Below are positions 9,100 through 17,902 of a stretch of 64,000 bases of DNA, in pieces. This DNA comes from Thermodesulfobacteriota bacterium. Its GTDB lineage: Bacteria > Desulfobacterota > BSN033 > UBA1163. Made by a program: the position numbers and the translations under genes. Every line of letters starts with the position of its first letter. Position 1 is the first letter of the stretch. The notes under the pieces were generated by a model. That model was not told the origin of the DNA. It searched no databases and saw only the letters and a program-made list of their open reading frames with translations. Location of the stretch: contig JASEHH010000007.1 in NCBI GenBank assembly GCA_030017685.1, forward strand, positions 1,824 to 65,823. The letters are read 5' to 3'.

Positions 9100-9699
9100 A
9101 TGAATGGGGTGAATCGATCGATCGTCTATTTTAATAAATCCGGGATTGGCAACACCGATGCGGTTGTAGACATCGTTTACAACCGCTTGAAAGAGAAAGA
9201 TATCAAGAGCGTGGTTGTGGCAAGCTCCCGGGGAGTCACAGGTCTCAAGTTTGCAAAAAAGATGGCCCGGGAGACGAACTTAGTGTTGGTAAGTTCCCAC
9301 CCGGGATTTTCTGCTCCTGGTGTCTGGAAGTTTGATCTGAAAATTTTGAAAGAAGTGGAATCTATGGGATGCAAGGTGGTGAAGCAAAGTCATATCCTCT
9401 CCGGTCTTGAGCGGTCCTTCAGTAATAAATTCTCCGGGGCCTCTCATACAGAGGTGCTTGCCGAGTCCCTTCGGTGTCTCTTCGGTGTGGGGATCAAAGT
9501 GGCGATCGAATGTGCCATCATGGCTGCGGACAGCGGCGCCATCCCCCTTGACAAGACGATTGCGGTGGCAGGCACTTCGTCATCAAAAGGAGGAGGGGCA
9601 GATTGTGCGATTGTCGTCTGGCCATCACACTGCAACAATTTTTTTGACTTCCGGGTCCTTGAGATCCTTGCCAAGCCCTTCAGGCGAGAAGCTGAGTAG
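9100..9699 (+). CDS. pyruvate-kinase C-terminal alpha/beta domain-like protein
   Basis: ATG at 9100 after RBS GAGGAAAA. Resemblance to PK_C-type domain proteins is weak and was judged from memory. Confidence 0.45.
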   Translation: MNGVNRSIVYFNKSGIGNTDAVVDIVYNRLKEKDIKSVVVASSRGVTGLKFAKKMARETNLVLVSSHPGFSAPGVWKFDLKILKEVESMGCKVVKQSHILSGLERSFSNKFSGASHTEVLAESLRCLFGVGIKVAIECAIMAADSGAIPLDKTIAVAGTSSSKGGGADCAIVVWPSHCNNFFDFRVLEILAKPFRREAE

Positions 9700-9714
9700 G
9701 TTTTCAACCAACCC

Positions 9715-9775
9715 ATTTTCGTTCACCGGTCGGTATCCATCCCCATCTCTTACCCCCGAGTTTGTTTATAGCCTT
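9715..9775. repeat. repeat family C, copy 1 (CCATCTCTTACCC ... CCTTRGGGAKGAT)
   Basis: Shares the CCATCTCTTACCC block and the CCTTAGGGATGAT block with copies at 10377-10432 and 11240-11295. Confidence 0.45.
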
Positions 9776-9975
9776 AGGGATGATCCTCCCCTCTATAGAG
9801 CAATTTGCACTACGTCCGCTGTGTTTGAGGGTAGGGGAATTCGCTTGGTGTGGTGACCTGGGCAAGTCAGGCAAACGTTACTTCCTGTAACTTTCTCTTC
9901 CCTAAATTGTGAATTGGGTGTATATTACAACCATAAGTGGACAACGGATAGCCCCAAAGTTAAAGAGAATAACAA

Positions 9976-10374
9976 ATGTCAGAATTAATAGCTAATTGCC
10001 CGCGCTGTGGAGCGAAGGAAATGACCTTTGACCTTTTGCACCAGGTCCCGATATATGTGAAATACAATTGGCAGTATTGGTTTGAAACATTTTGTATTTG
10101 CCGTGGCTGCAATAAGTCAACAACATTTGTCCTTAGTCAAAGCAGTCCGCTGCAATTCAAACGTTACTCACTCTTTCAACTCGTAATCTTCAATCCTTGG
10201 ATACGGTTCCCAGTAATGACTTGTGAGGTGAACTCGTTAGCCAGGACTTTGGTTGATAGTATCTGCGGACTTGAGTATCGTTCGGAACGGATAAGTGAAA
10301 TGGGTTTTTTGATCACTTGTACCGAGCGTTCTGAGATCTTAAAAGCTTCTGGCATACATCCTACGATGACGTAG
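9976..10374 (+). CDS. hypothetical Cys-rich (zinc-ribbon-like) protein
   Basis: 132-aa ORF with CPRCG...CICRGC. No family call. Confidence 0.4.
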   Translation: MSELIANCPRCGAKEMTFDLLHQVPIYVKYNWQYWFETFCICRGCNKSTTFVLSQSSPLQFKRYSLFQLVIFNPWIRFPVMTCEVNSLARTLVDSICGLEYRSERISEMGFLITCTERSEILKASGIHPTMT

Positions 10375-10376
10375 GC

Positions 10377-10432
10377 ATCCCTCCATTTACTCTCTTGAAA
10401 ACATGATCGCCTTGGGGAGGATGTAGCCCTTC
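10377..10432. repeat. repeat family C, copy 2
   Basis: CATCCCTCCATTTACTCTCTTGAAAACATGATCGCCTTGGGGAGGATG. About 80% identical to copy 3. It has imperfect inverted ends CATCCCTCC / GGAGGATG. Confidence 0.5.
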
Positions 10433-10512
10433 TCTCATAAAATAATTGACATGACAAACATAATTTTGTACAATGACGTACAGAATGATATTTGGTTGGA
10501 GGTTACCCAGTT

Positions 10513-10746
10513 ATGAAAATGGTTACATTCACGGAGTTCCGTCAGAACGCAGCAAGTTATTTCGATGCTGTTGAGGAAGGAGAAACAATAAAGGTTCTCC
10601 GCCATGGTAAACCCATTGCAGAGGTCGTTCCTGCCTCAGCTGAAGAAAGAGCCCTTTCCTGGAAACAATCCGGCTTAAGGTTATCTGTAAAAGGAGCCTC
10701 CTTAAGCAAGGAGATTCTTAGGGAAAGGAAACAATCTAAAAGATGA
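10513..10746 (+). CDS. type II antitoxin, Phd/YefM family
   Basis: MKMVTFTEFRQNAASYFDAVEEGETIKVLRHGKPIAEVVPA is a typical Phd/YefM N-terminus. The gene overlaps the downstream PIN gene by 4 nt (ATGA). Confidence 0.8.
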   Translation: MKMVTFTEFRQNAASYFDAVEEGETIKVLRHGKPIAEVVPASAEERALSWKQSGLRLSVKGASLSKEILRERKQSKR

Positions 10747-11156
10747 GGATTTTTTTCGACTCTTCAGCCTTTGCTAAAAGGTACATTGAAGAACCTGGCA
10801 GTGATAAAATAGAAGATCTTTGTGTTCAGGCTACTCTGTTAGGGATTAGCTCTGTTTGTTTGCCTGAAGTTATTTCTGGCTTATGCAGATTGAGCCGGGA
10901 TTCTATCCTAACGAAAAATCAATATGAGGTTACAAAGGGAGCCTTGTTGAAAGATTTTGAGGATATAACGGTTTGTAACATCACCCCAGCAGTGATTGGG
11001 AAAACAATTCACATCCTTGAAACAAATACGCTCCGGACCTTGGACGCATTACATATAGGCTGCGCCTTGGAGTGGAAAGCGGAAGTTTTTGTATCTTCCG
11101 ACCTTAGACAGATTTCAACTGCGAAAAAGATGGGTTTGAAAGTGGTGAAAGTGTAG
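10743..11156 (+). CDS. vapC: PIN-domain toxin VapC
   Basis: MRIFFDSSAFAKRY.. start with a conserved D, and a later ..SSD motif. Paired with the upstream antitoxin. Confidence 0.85.
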   Translation: MRIFFDSSAFAKRYIEEPGSDKIEDLCVQATLLGISSVCLPEVISGLCRLSRDSILTKNQYEVTKGALLKDFEDITVCNITPAVIGKTIHILETNTLRTLDALHIGCALEWKAEVFVSSDLRQISTAKKMGLKVVKV

Positions 11157-11239
11157 TAAACTCTTCAACCTCTAAGAGGGGTTCATCGTCTGGGCCTCGG
11201 AGCCGAAACTTGACCGCCACATCGTTTACGGACATGGTG

Positions 11240-11295
11240 AACATTTTTACCTCACCCATCTCTTACCCTCTTGAAATAGTGATCACCTTGGGGAG
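11240..11295. repeat. repeat family C, copy 3
   Basis: CTCACCCATCTCTTACCCTCTTGAAATAGTGATCACCTTGGGGAGGATATCC. It overlaps the stop of the minus-strand Fe-S subunit gene. Confidence 0.5.
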
Positions 11296-11808
11296 GATAT
11301 CCCCCCAACCGCCTCTTGCCTTTCTCTTTTCGAGAATCTTTTGCTCAATCTCGGCGGGGTCACCGAAGTAGATGCAGTGGGCGAGGCAGATATTATCCGC
11401 ACAGGCCGGATAGAGTCCCTTATCCACCCGGTGATGGCAGAGATTGCACTTAGTCACCGTCTTTTTTTCTTCGTCAAACCTAATGGCATGGTAAGGGCAT
11501 TCATCGATGCAAAGCTGACACCCGTTGCATTTATCGTAGTCAAGGATGACGATCCCGTCTTCTCTTTTTGTTATGGCTTCCACTGGGCATGCTTGTGCAC
11601 AGGGAGGGTCATCGCAGTGCTTGCAGACGTTCACACGCCACACGAAATCGAGCTTCCCGTTCATCAGTTTGGGGCCGTCCGGCCAGACAGACAGATACTT
11701 GATCCCATTGTCTGCATCGACGGAATTGTACTCCTGTTTGCAAGCCACTTCACAAGCCCTGCATCCCCAGCAGGCAAACTCTTCGATAATAATTGCGTGC
11801 TTACTCAT
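11263..11808 (-). CDS. 4Fe-4S dicluster electron-transfer subunit of molybdopterin oxidoreductase
   Basis: 181 aa with several CxxCxxCxxxCP ferredoxin motifs. Located immediately downstream of the minus-strand catalytic subunit. Confidence 0.85.
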   Translation of the reverse strand: MSKHAIIIEEFACWGCRACEVACKQEYNSVDADNGIKYLSVWPDGPKLMNGKLDFVWRVNVCKHCDDPPCAQACPVEAITKREDGIVILDYDKCNGCQLCIDECPYHAIRFDEEKKTVTKCNLCHHRVDKGLYPACADNICLAHCIYFGDPAEIEQKILEKRKARGGWGDILPKVITISRG

Positions 11809-11877
11809 GGTTGGCCCCCTGGTATAATCTTAAATAAAATTACGAATTATACCTGATTACTAAGATTATCAGACATC

Positions 11878-14046
11878 CTATTCTTTTTTTTCATAAGATG
11901 CTTTCTTTTCGGGATAGATCCTGCACAGAAGCGTCCTGATATTCGACGCACCCATTGCGGGGTCACAGCTTTCTAAGGCATTGTCAGTGAGGATATTGAT
12001 GTTGGATTCATGCCAGCCGTGACCTGGATCTTTCTTCTCGGGAAACCACCATCCATGCTGGGCTGCAACGATCCGGGGATCGCGGCCGAGGCTGAGCCTT
12101 ACCCGCTGTCTCACGATTCCTCGACGGGATTCAATGATGACCCAATCGCCCTCATGGATGCCTTCCTTTGCTGCTGCGTCGGGATGGATTTCAACGATTG
12201 GATCCCGATGAAGCTCTCTGAGCCGTCCGATCTGCCTGTTTTCTGTATGAAAGAATCCGGGCTGTCGCGCACCCGTAATCAGGATATAGGGATATTCCTT
12301 ATAGAGTTCCGGCGTACTGACCGGGCTTTCGGAGGGCTCCCTGTGCTGAGGGAGGGGATCGTATCCCATCTTTTCGAGCGTGGTGGAATAGAGCTCAAAT
12401 TTCCTTGTGGGAGTGGAGAATCCCCCTTCCTTATACTTGTAGTATTTCACCTCTCCTCTGATGTAATTCATCTTCTTAAAATCCTTCCAGGTGGTGTTCA
12501 TCGGATGGAGGATATAATCGAGGGCCTCTTCAAAGTTGTTCCACCAGTATTGGCCTTGGCCGATCCGGTGGGCGAGATCGTTCAGCATCTCATGGTCTGA
12601 GCGGCATTCGCCGACCTGGATGACCTTCCGGCGTGGCAGGATATAGCCGTGACGCTTCCAGAAGTCGCCGACGTAGTCCATCTCAAGCCAGGTGGCAGCA
12701 GGAAGAACGATGTCTGCAAGTTCTGCGGTGGGAGTGAGGAAGAAGTCAGCTACGGCCATGAAGTCGACCTTTTCAAGAGCACGGTAAACTTCTTTCGCAT
12801 TGGCACGGGTGATCACGGGGTTGGAGCTAATCAGAAATAGCATTTTGACCGGGTAGGGTTTTTCCTCGAGGATTGCATCCCAGACGCATTTCGGTTGAAG
12901 GATGGCGAATCGAGAAGCAAGACGAAAACGCTCCCCTCCCAATCGCTTTGCAAATTGGTCTTTCGGGAGCATGCCATGGGCGCCGAATTGACCTACGTTG
13001 ACGACATTTGGTGTCCGGTTGAGAACCTGACCACCGGGGGCGTCAATGTTGCCGGTTATCCCCATGAGGAACATGAGCAACCGGTCATTGTCAGCGCAGT
13101 TCGTCTGCTGCTCGATGGCCACACCCCACTGAATGGCCGCAGGTTTGGTTGTCGCAAAGAGCCGTGCTGCCTCTCTGATCTTTTCTTTGGGAACCCAGGT
13201 GATCTCCTGAACTCTCTCGAGGGGGTATTCATTCACCCTCTGGACAAATGGATCCCAGCCATGGGTATATTTTTCGACGAATTCTCTGTCGTAAAGCTCC
13301 TCATTGACGATCACATTGAGCATGCCGAGGGCGAGGGCAGCGTCTGTGCCAGGTCTGAGCTGGAGCCAGACATTCGCCCGTGCTGCGGGACGGGTGAGCC
13401 TTGGATCAACGACAATGAGCTTGGCGCCCTTGTCGAGAGCCACTGAAAAAGGTTCCCCTTTGTATTCGTCTGGATTACTGATCGTCACGTTGTTTCCCCA
13501 CATGATGATGCACTTGGGGAAATTCTCGTAGTCGACGATCGGATTCGTGCCGCAGGTGATGATGCTTGTACAGATACGGGGGCCGTAACAGAAGTGGCCT
13601 GCCGTGATCACATTGGGTGAACCAAGGACGTTGGCGATGCGATAGATCACTGCCTCATTTTCCCTGCCGGTCCCATAGCCGAATACGACAGATTCAGGCC
13701 CGTACTTTTCTTTATAGGTGAGGATTCGCTCCGCAATCGTGTCCAGGGCCTCATCCCATGAGATCCGTTCCCATTTGCCGCTTGCTTTGGGGCCGATCCT
13801 TTTGACAGGGTAGGTAAGTCTGTCTTTATGGTAGGCAAGCTGTGCCGAGGCAAGCCCTTTGGTGCACAGCGTCCCATGGGCAATGGGGCAATCCGGATCG
13901 CCGGCAATTTTTGCAACTTTGCCGTCTTTCACATAGACGATGACTCCGCAACCCCCATGGCACATTCGGCAGTGGCTTTTGACGAATGAATCGTATCCAT
14001 AGACTTCCATCTCGCGCTCTATGTTCGAGTGTCGAAACTCAGGCAT
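11878..14046 (-). CDS. molybdopterin/tungstopterin oxidoreductase catalytic subunit
   Basis: 722 aa. The N-terminal motif CRMCHGGCG...CTKG is the 4Fe-4S motif of the DMSO-reductase superfamily. Confidence 0.85.
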   Translation of the reverse strand: MPEFRHSNIEREMEVYGYDSFVKSHCRMCHGGCGVIVYVKDGKVAKIAGDPDCPIAHGTLCTKGLASAQLAYHKDRLTYPVKRIGPKASGKWERISWDEALDTIAERILTYKEKYGPESVVFGYGTGRENEAVIYRIANVLGSPNVITAGHFCYGPRICTSIITCGTNPIVDYENFPKCIIMWGNNVTISNPDEYKGEPFSVALDKGAKLIVVDPRLTRPAARANVWLQLRPGTDAALALGMLNVIVNEELYDREFVEKYTHGWDPFVQRVNEYPLERVQEITWVPKEKIREAARLFATTKPAAIQWGVAIEQQTNCADNDRLLMFLMGITGNIDAPGGQVLNRTPNVVNVGQFGAHGMLPKDQFAKRLGGERFRLASRFAILQPKCVWDAILEEKPYPVKMLFLISSNPVITRANAKEVYRALEKVDFMAVADFFLTPTAELADIVLPAATWLEMDYVGDFWKRHGYILPRRKVIQVGECRSDHEMLNDLAHRIGQGQYWWNNFEEALDYILHPMNTTWKDFKKMNYIRGEVKYYKYKEGGFSTPTRKFELYSTTLEKMGYDPLPQHREPSESPVSTPELYKEYPYILITGARQPGFFHTENRQIGRLRELHRDPIVEIHPDAAAKEGIHEGDWVIIESRRGIVRQRVRLSLGRDPRIVAAQHGWWFPEKKDPGHGWHESNINILTDNALESCDPAMGASNIRTLLCRIYPEKKASYEKKE

Positions 14047-14264
14047 TCTTCCCTCCTGACGATTCTTTCAAAGCGAAATAATAACCCATAAGTCTGATTT
14101 AGTGAAGCGAACAGATAAAGGGGGAGGCGTAAAGAGAAGGTTAGAAATGCTCCTCATATGGGATTTTCTTGATGAATTGACCTCGGGGGTATTTTCTTTT
14201 ATAAAGATGTCAAATGTCAACGAAAAAGAAAGGGTGTCTTAAAAAAATATCTTAAAAAATCCTC

Positions 14265-14293
14265 TTGACAACAAATTTGGGTTGTGTTACATA
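14265..14293 (+). promoter_or_regulatory. putative promoter of the aro operon (TTGACA, 17 nt, TACATA) with conserved spacer AAATTTGGGTTG shared with the trp promoter
   Basis: TCTTGACAACAAATTTGGGTTGTGTTACATA here versus TCTTGACAAGAAATTTGGGATGAGTTAAAGA at 25809-25840. Confidence 0.4.
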
Positions 14294-14428
14294 ACACCTC
14301 CAGAAGGTGAAAAATGGATCAGCTTCATCATCTTAATTTTAGCAGTGGGTTTTATTTTTATTGGTTCTTCTATGCCGGGATCTGCCCACTGCCTCGCGCT
14401 GATCATTAATAAATAAAAAAACAGTTAA

Positions 14429-14506
14429 GGCCGTGGGTAGATTAAATTCTACCCACGGCCTTTTTTATTTTCAGCCGTGGGAAAATCCTTCTCACGGCTT
14501 TTTTTA
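14429..14506 (+). terminator. two tandem intrinsic-terminator hairpins in the 5' leader of the aro operon (candidate attenuator)
   Basis: GGCCGTGGGTAG-ATTAAATT-CTACCCACGGCC then TTTTTTATTTT. Then AGCCGTGGG-AAAATCCTT-CTCACGGCT then TTTTTTTAT. The 3' arm of hairpin 1 is complementary to the 5' arm of hairpin 2. Confidence 0.55.
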
Positions 14507-14531
14507 TCCTGGAAAAGGAGGTCAGAGTCTC

Positions 14532-15332
14532 ATGATTGGGAAAAGGATTCGTCTGGAACGCATCATAGACCGGAACTCCGGCAAGACAGTGATCATACCC
14601 ATGGATCACGGAGTGACGGTAGGGCCAATGGCCGGGTTGATCAGAATCCAAGAGACGATCAATGCCGTCGCAATGGGCGGAGCGAGCGCCATCGTTATCC
14701 ATAAGGGACTGGTAGAGACCGGCCACCGGCGAGGCGGAAAGGATGTGGGGTTGGTCGTTCATCTTTCGGCGAGCACCCGGATCGCCCCTAATCCAAACTC
14801 CAAAACTATGGTATGCACGGTGGAGGAGGCGATCAAGTTAGGGGCGGATGGAGTTTCCATACATGTGAATCTTGGAGCTGAGGATGAAAGATCCATGCTG
14901 AATGATCTGGGTAATGTAGGGAGGGTGGCTATGGAATGGGGAATGCCGCTTTTAGCCATGATGTACACGCGAGGTCCCAAGATAAAGAATGAATATGATG
15001 TTGAGTTGGTAAAACATGCGGCTCGAGTAGGAGCTGAGCTCGGAGCAGATATCGTCAAGGTCCCCTATACGGGTTCTGTGGAGAGCTTTAGCGAAGTGGT
15101 GGAAGGTTGTCCTATTCCAGTGGTTATTGCCGGCGGGGAGAAGATGGGAAATGATCGGGATATTTTAAACATGGTTAAGGGAGCGATGGATGCAGGAGGG
15201 GCTGGAGTTTCCATCGGCAGAAATGTTTTCCAGCATAAGGACCCGAGGAGGGTCGTTCAGGCCATTTTCAAGATCGTTCACCATGGCTGCACGGTCGAGG
15301 AGGGACTGAAGGGTTTGGAGGAGGGAATATGA
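14532..15332 (+). CDS. aroA': 2-amino-3,7-dideoxy-D-threo-hept-6-ulosonate (ADH) synthase, class I aldolase DhnA family (archaeal-type first step of the shikimate pathway)
   Basis: ATG at 14532 after RBS AAGGAGG. IIPMDHG...[12 protein letters not shown]...ADIVKVPY is typical of the MJ0400-type aldolase. The next gene is DHQ synthase II. Confidence 0.75.
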   Translation: MIGKRIRLERIIDRNSGKTVIIPMDHGVTVGPMAGLIRIQETINAVAMGGASAIVIHKGLVETGHRRGGKDVGLVVHLSASTRIAPNPNSKTMVCTVEEAIKLGADGVSIHVNLGAEDERSMLNDLGNVGRVAMEWGMPLLAMMYTRGPKIKNEYDVELVKHAARVGAELGADIVKVPYTGSVESFSEVVEGCPIPVVIAGGEKMGNDRDILNMVKGAMDAGGAGVSIGRNVFQHKDPRRVVQAIFKIVHHGCTVEEGLKGLEEGI

Positions 15333-16321
15333 AAAAGATCTGGGTAAAGTCGATTCCCTGGAACCAGGAGATCGCTCTCACGGCAATGGAGAGTGGGGCA
15401 GATGGACTCTGGATCCCGGCAGGGATGAGGGAAGAGGTGCGAAAGATAGGCATCATTTCTATCATCGCCGAGGATGGGGATTTGAAATTAGGCCATGATG
15501 TGGTGGAGAAAGAGATTCGGGAGAAGAGAGACGAAGAAGAGATTGTGACCTTAACCCTCTCGAAGAAAGTGGTGGTGAAAAATGGAGACTGGAGGATCAT
15601 CCCTCTGGAGAATTTATTAAGCAGGACCAATAACCTCTTCGTTGAGATCGACAACTTTTTGGAGGGGGAAACGGCACTGGGTATCCTTGAAAAGGGGGTA
15701 GATGGGGTGGTGATCAACAGTCCCGATCCAAATGTGGTGCGGGAGATCATCCACTCCCTCAAGAGAGAGGCCGAAAGATTTGAACTCCTTACGGCCAGGA
15801 TCAAGCAGATTAAACCCCTCGGCCTGGGAGACCGGGTCTGTATCGATACCTGTTCTTCAATGCTCCTGGGCGAAGGGATGTTGGTGGGCAATAGCAGCCA
15901 GGCCCTCTTTCTCGTTCATTCCGAGAGCATTGAGAACCCTTTTGTCAATACGAGACCTTTCCGGGTCAATGCCGGTCCTCTGCATTCCTATATTCGCTTG
16001 GCCGATGGCCAGACGAAGTATCTCTCAGAGATCTGTTCAGGCGATCGGGTTCTGATCGTCAATTTCGAAGGGAAGAGTTTCCCTGCAGTGGTGGGGAGGG
16101 CCAAGATAGAGAGGCGTCCTTTGGTCCTGGTGGAGGCCGAGGAAAACGACCAGGTCATTTCAATTATTCTGCAGAATGCAGAAACGATCAGGCTCACTCA
16201 GCCTTGTGGAAAAGCGATATCCCTGGTCGATCTCAAAGAGGGGAGCGAGGTCCTGGTCTATCGGGAGACATTCGCCAGACATTTCGGGGTCAAGATCGAC
16301 GAGACCATCGTGGAAAGGTGA
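15329..16321 (+). CDS. aroB': 3-dehydroquinate synthase II (archaeal type)
   Basis: 330 aa starting [30 protein letters not shown], characteristic of DHQ synthase II (MJ1249 family). Overlaps neighbouring genes. Confidence 0.75.
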   Translation: MKKIWVKSIPWNQEIALTAMESGADGLWIPAGMREEVRKIGIISIIAEDGDLKLGHDVVEKEIREKRDEEEIVTLTLSKKVVVKNGDWRIIPLENLLSRTNNLFVEIDNFLEGETALGILEKGVDGVVINSPDPNVVREIIHSLKREAERFELLTARIKQIKPLGLGDRVCIDTCSSMLLGEGMLVGNSSQALFLVHSESIENPFVNTRPFRVNAGPLHSYIRLADGQTKYLSEICSGDRVLIVNFEGKSFPAVVGRAKIERRPLVLVEAEENDQVISIILQNAETIRLTQPCGKAISLVDLKEGSEVLVYRETFARHFGVKIDETIVER

Positions 16322-16324
16322 GCC

Positions 16325-16996
16325 ATGCTCAAAATCTGCATCCCCATTATCGAGACCACTGTGGAGAAGGCTCGTCGCTCCATTGGAGAGGCTCACCAAT
16401 GGGCTGACCTCATTGAGCTTCGGGTCGATTATTTGAAAAAACCTGAACTCAAGCCACTCATGGACCATGGAGGAAAGTCTTTCATCGTTACGAACCGACG
16501 AAAGGAGGAGGGGGGAAGATACGAAGGGGACGAGAGGAGGAGATTCAGGATCTTGAGGGAGGCCGTGGAATTAGGCGCTCAATATGTGGATATCGAAGTG
16601 AAAAGCAGCCCCTTTTTTCTCCAGGACATGATTTCAAATAAAAAGAGGACACGAATGATTCTCTCCTTCCACAATTTTCAGGGAACCCCCTCCCCAGGAG
16701 AGTTGAGAAGGCTTTACGATCGTATGGTTCGATGGAGACCGGATGTCGTAAAGGTGGCAACCCTTGCCACGTCATGGGAGGATAATTTCAAGGTCCTGTC
16801 GCTTATCCCCTATGCGAGAAAAGAGAAGCAGAAGATCGTAGCCTTTTGTATGGGGGAGAAGGGAAGGATGAGCCGCATTTTTGCTCCCATGATGGGAGCC
16901 GGCTGGACCTATGCCTCTTTGAACAGGAATCGGATTTCAGCCCCCGGCCAATTGACCGTAACAGAATTGAGGGAAATCTGGGAGAGGTTGAGATGA
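16325..16996 (+). CDS. aroD: 3-dehydroquinate dehydratase, type I
   Basis: Ligand-binding motifs ELRVDYL and DIEVK, and about 220 aa in length. Confidence 0.85.
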   Translation: MLKICIPIIETTVEKARRSIGEAHQWADLIELRVDYLKKPELKPLMDHGGKSFIVTNRRKEEGGRYEGDERRRFRILREAVELGAQYVDIEVKSSPFFLQDMISNKKRTRMILSFHNFQGTPSPGELRRLYDRMVRWRPDVVKVATLATSWEDNFKVLSLIPYARKEKQKIVAFCMGEKGRMSRIFAPMMGAGWTYASLNRNRISAPGQLTVTELREIWERLR

Positions 16997-17862
16997 TCGA
17001 TGCTCAAACCGAGCTTTACGGAATCATCGGAAATCCGGTCCGGCACAGTCTGAGTCCGATCCTCCATAATGGGGTTTTTCGAAGGATGGAAATCAACGCC
17101 GTCTATCTGGCCTTGGAAGTCAAACATCTTAAAGAAGCCCTGAGTGGGATCAAAGCGTTGGGCCTACGGGGGGTGAGCGTGACGATCCCGTTTAAGACCG
17201 AGGTTTTCTCCCTGCTCGATGAAGTGGATGAGGTATCGGGAAAAATCAAATCGGTAAATACGATTGTCAATAAAGAGGGAAATTTGATCGGCTACAACAC
17301 CGATTGGCAGGGGGCAATGGAAGCCCTGGAGGAAAAGGTGAATTTAAAGGAAAAGAAGGTCCTTCTCCTCGGAGCCGGAGGTTCAGCTCGTGCCATAGGC
17401 TTTGGCCTGAAAGAGAAAATGTCCCAGATAATCGTATACAACCGATCACAGAATAGGGCTGAGGCATTGGCGAAGGAACTGGGATGCAACCATTGCCCGC
17501 TTTCATCGGTTGAGGAGATGGAGTGGGATATTATCGTCAATGCCACCTCTGTCGGTATGTATCCCCATGATGCGGAGAGCCCTATCCCGAAAGAGGTCTT
17601 GAAGAAAGGGATGGTTGTGATGGACATTGTCTATCAACCGCTACGGACGAGGCTCCTTCAGGAAGCTGAAGAACAGGGGTGTGTGACGATCGATGGGCTC
17701 GAAATGCTTGCCCGCCAGGGAGCGGCCCAGCTTGAAATCTGGATAGGTAGAAGACCTGATCTCAAGGAGATCAGGGAAGATCTGTGGCGAGCACTGGGGA
17801 GAGTTCCCCTCACCCCATCCCTCTCCCCAGCGGGGAGAGGGGAAGTCGCCGACGCGTCATAG
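16993..17862 (+). CDS. aroE: shikimate dehydrogenase
   Basis: MIDAQTELYGIIGNPVRHSLSPILHN and GAGGSARA Rossmann motif. The ATG at 16993 overlaps the aroD stop. Confidence 0.85.
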   Translation: MIDAQTELYGIIGNPVRHSLSPILHNGVFRRMEINAVYLALEVKHLKEALSGIKALGLRGVSVTIPFKTEVFSLLDEVDEVSGKIKSVNTIVNKEGNLIGYNTDWQGAMEALEEKVNLKEKKVLLLGAGGSARAIGFGLKEKMSQIIVYNRSQNRAEALAKELGCNHCPLSSVEEMEWDIIVNATSVGMYPHDAESPIPKEVLKKGMVVMDIVYQPLRTRLLQEAEEQGCVTIDGLEMLARQGAAQLEIWIGRRPDLKEIREDLWRALGRVPLTPSLSPAGRGEVADAS

Positions 17863-17902
17863 CTGCTTTGGCAACGGCGCGGATGAGGGAGTGATAAAAG
17901 GA

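Noticed and set aside
9407-9856. 149-aa ORF overlapping the 3' end of the PK-C-like gene, and the ORFs at 32722..33246(-) and 32735..33061(+)
   Set aside because: Out-of-frame overlaps or GC-rich structured DNA, with no RBS and no homology. Judged spurious.
14433-14531. GTG at 14433 as the true start of aroA' (ORF tracker call 14433..15332)
   Set aside because: The ATG at 14532 has a canonical AAGGAGG RBS and the aldolase homology starts there. The upstream extension runs through two terminator hairpins. It is kept only as a possible regulatory translation, described in the findings.
14300-14531. T-box riboswitch in the aro leader
   Set aside because: No T-box consensus (AATTAGGGTGGNACCGCG-like) or specifier-loop layout was found.
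17891-17902. GTG at 17891 as the EPSP synthase start
   Set aside because: An ATG at 17903 preceded by AAAGGA gives the conventional N-terminus (MIQIRPL...). The GTG is kept only as an alternative.
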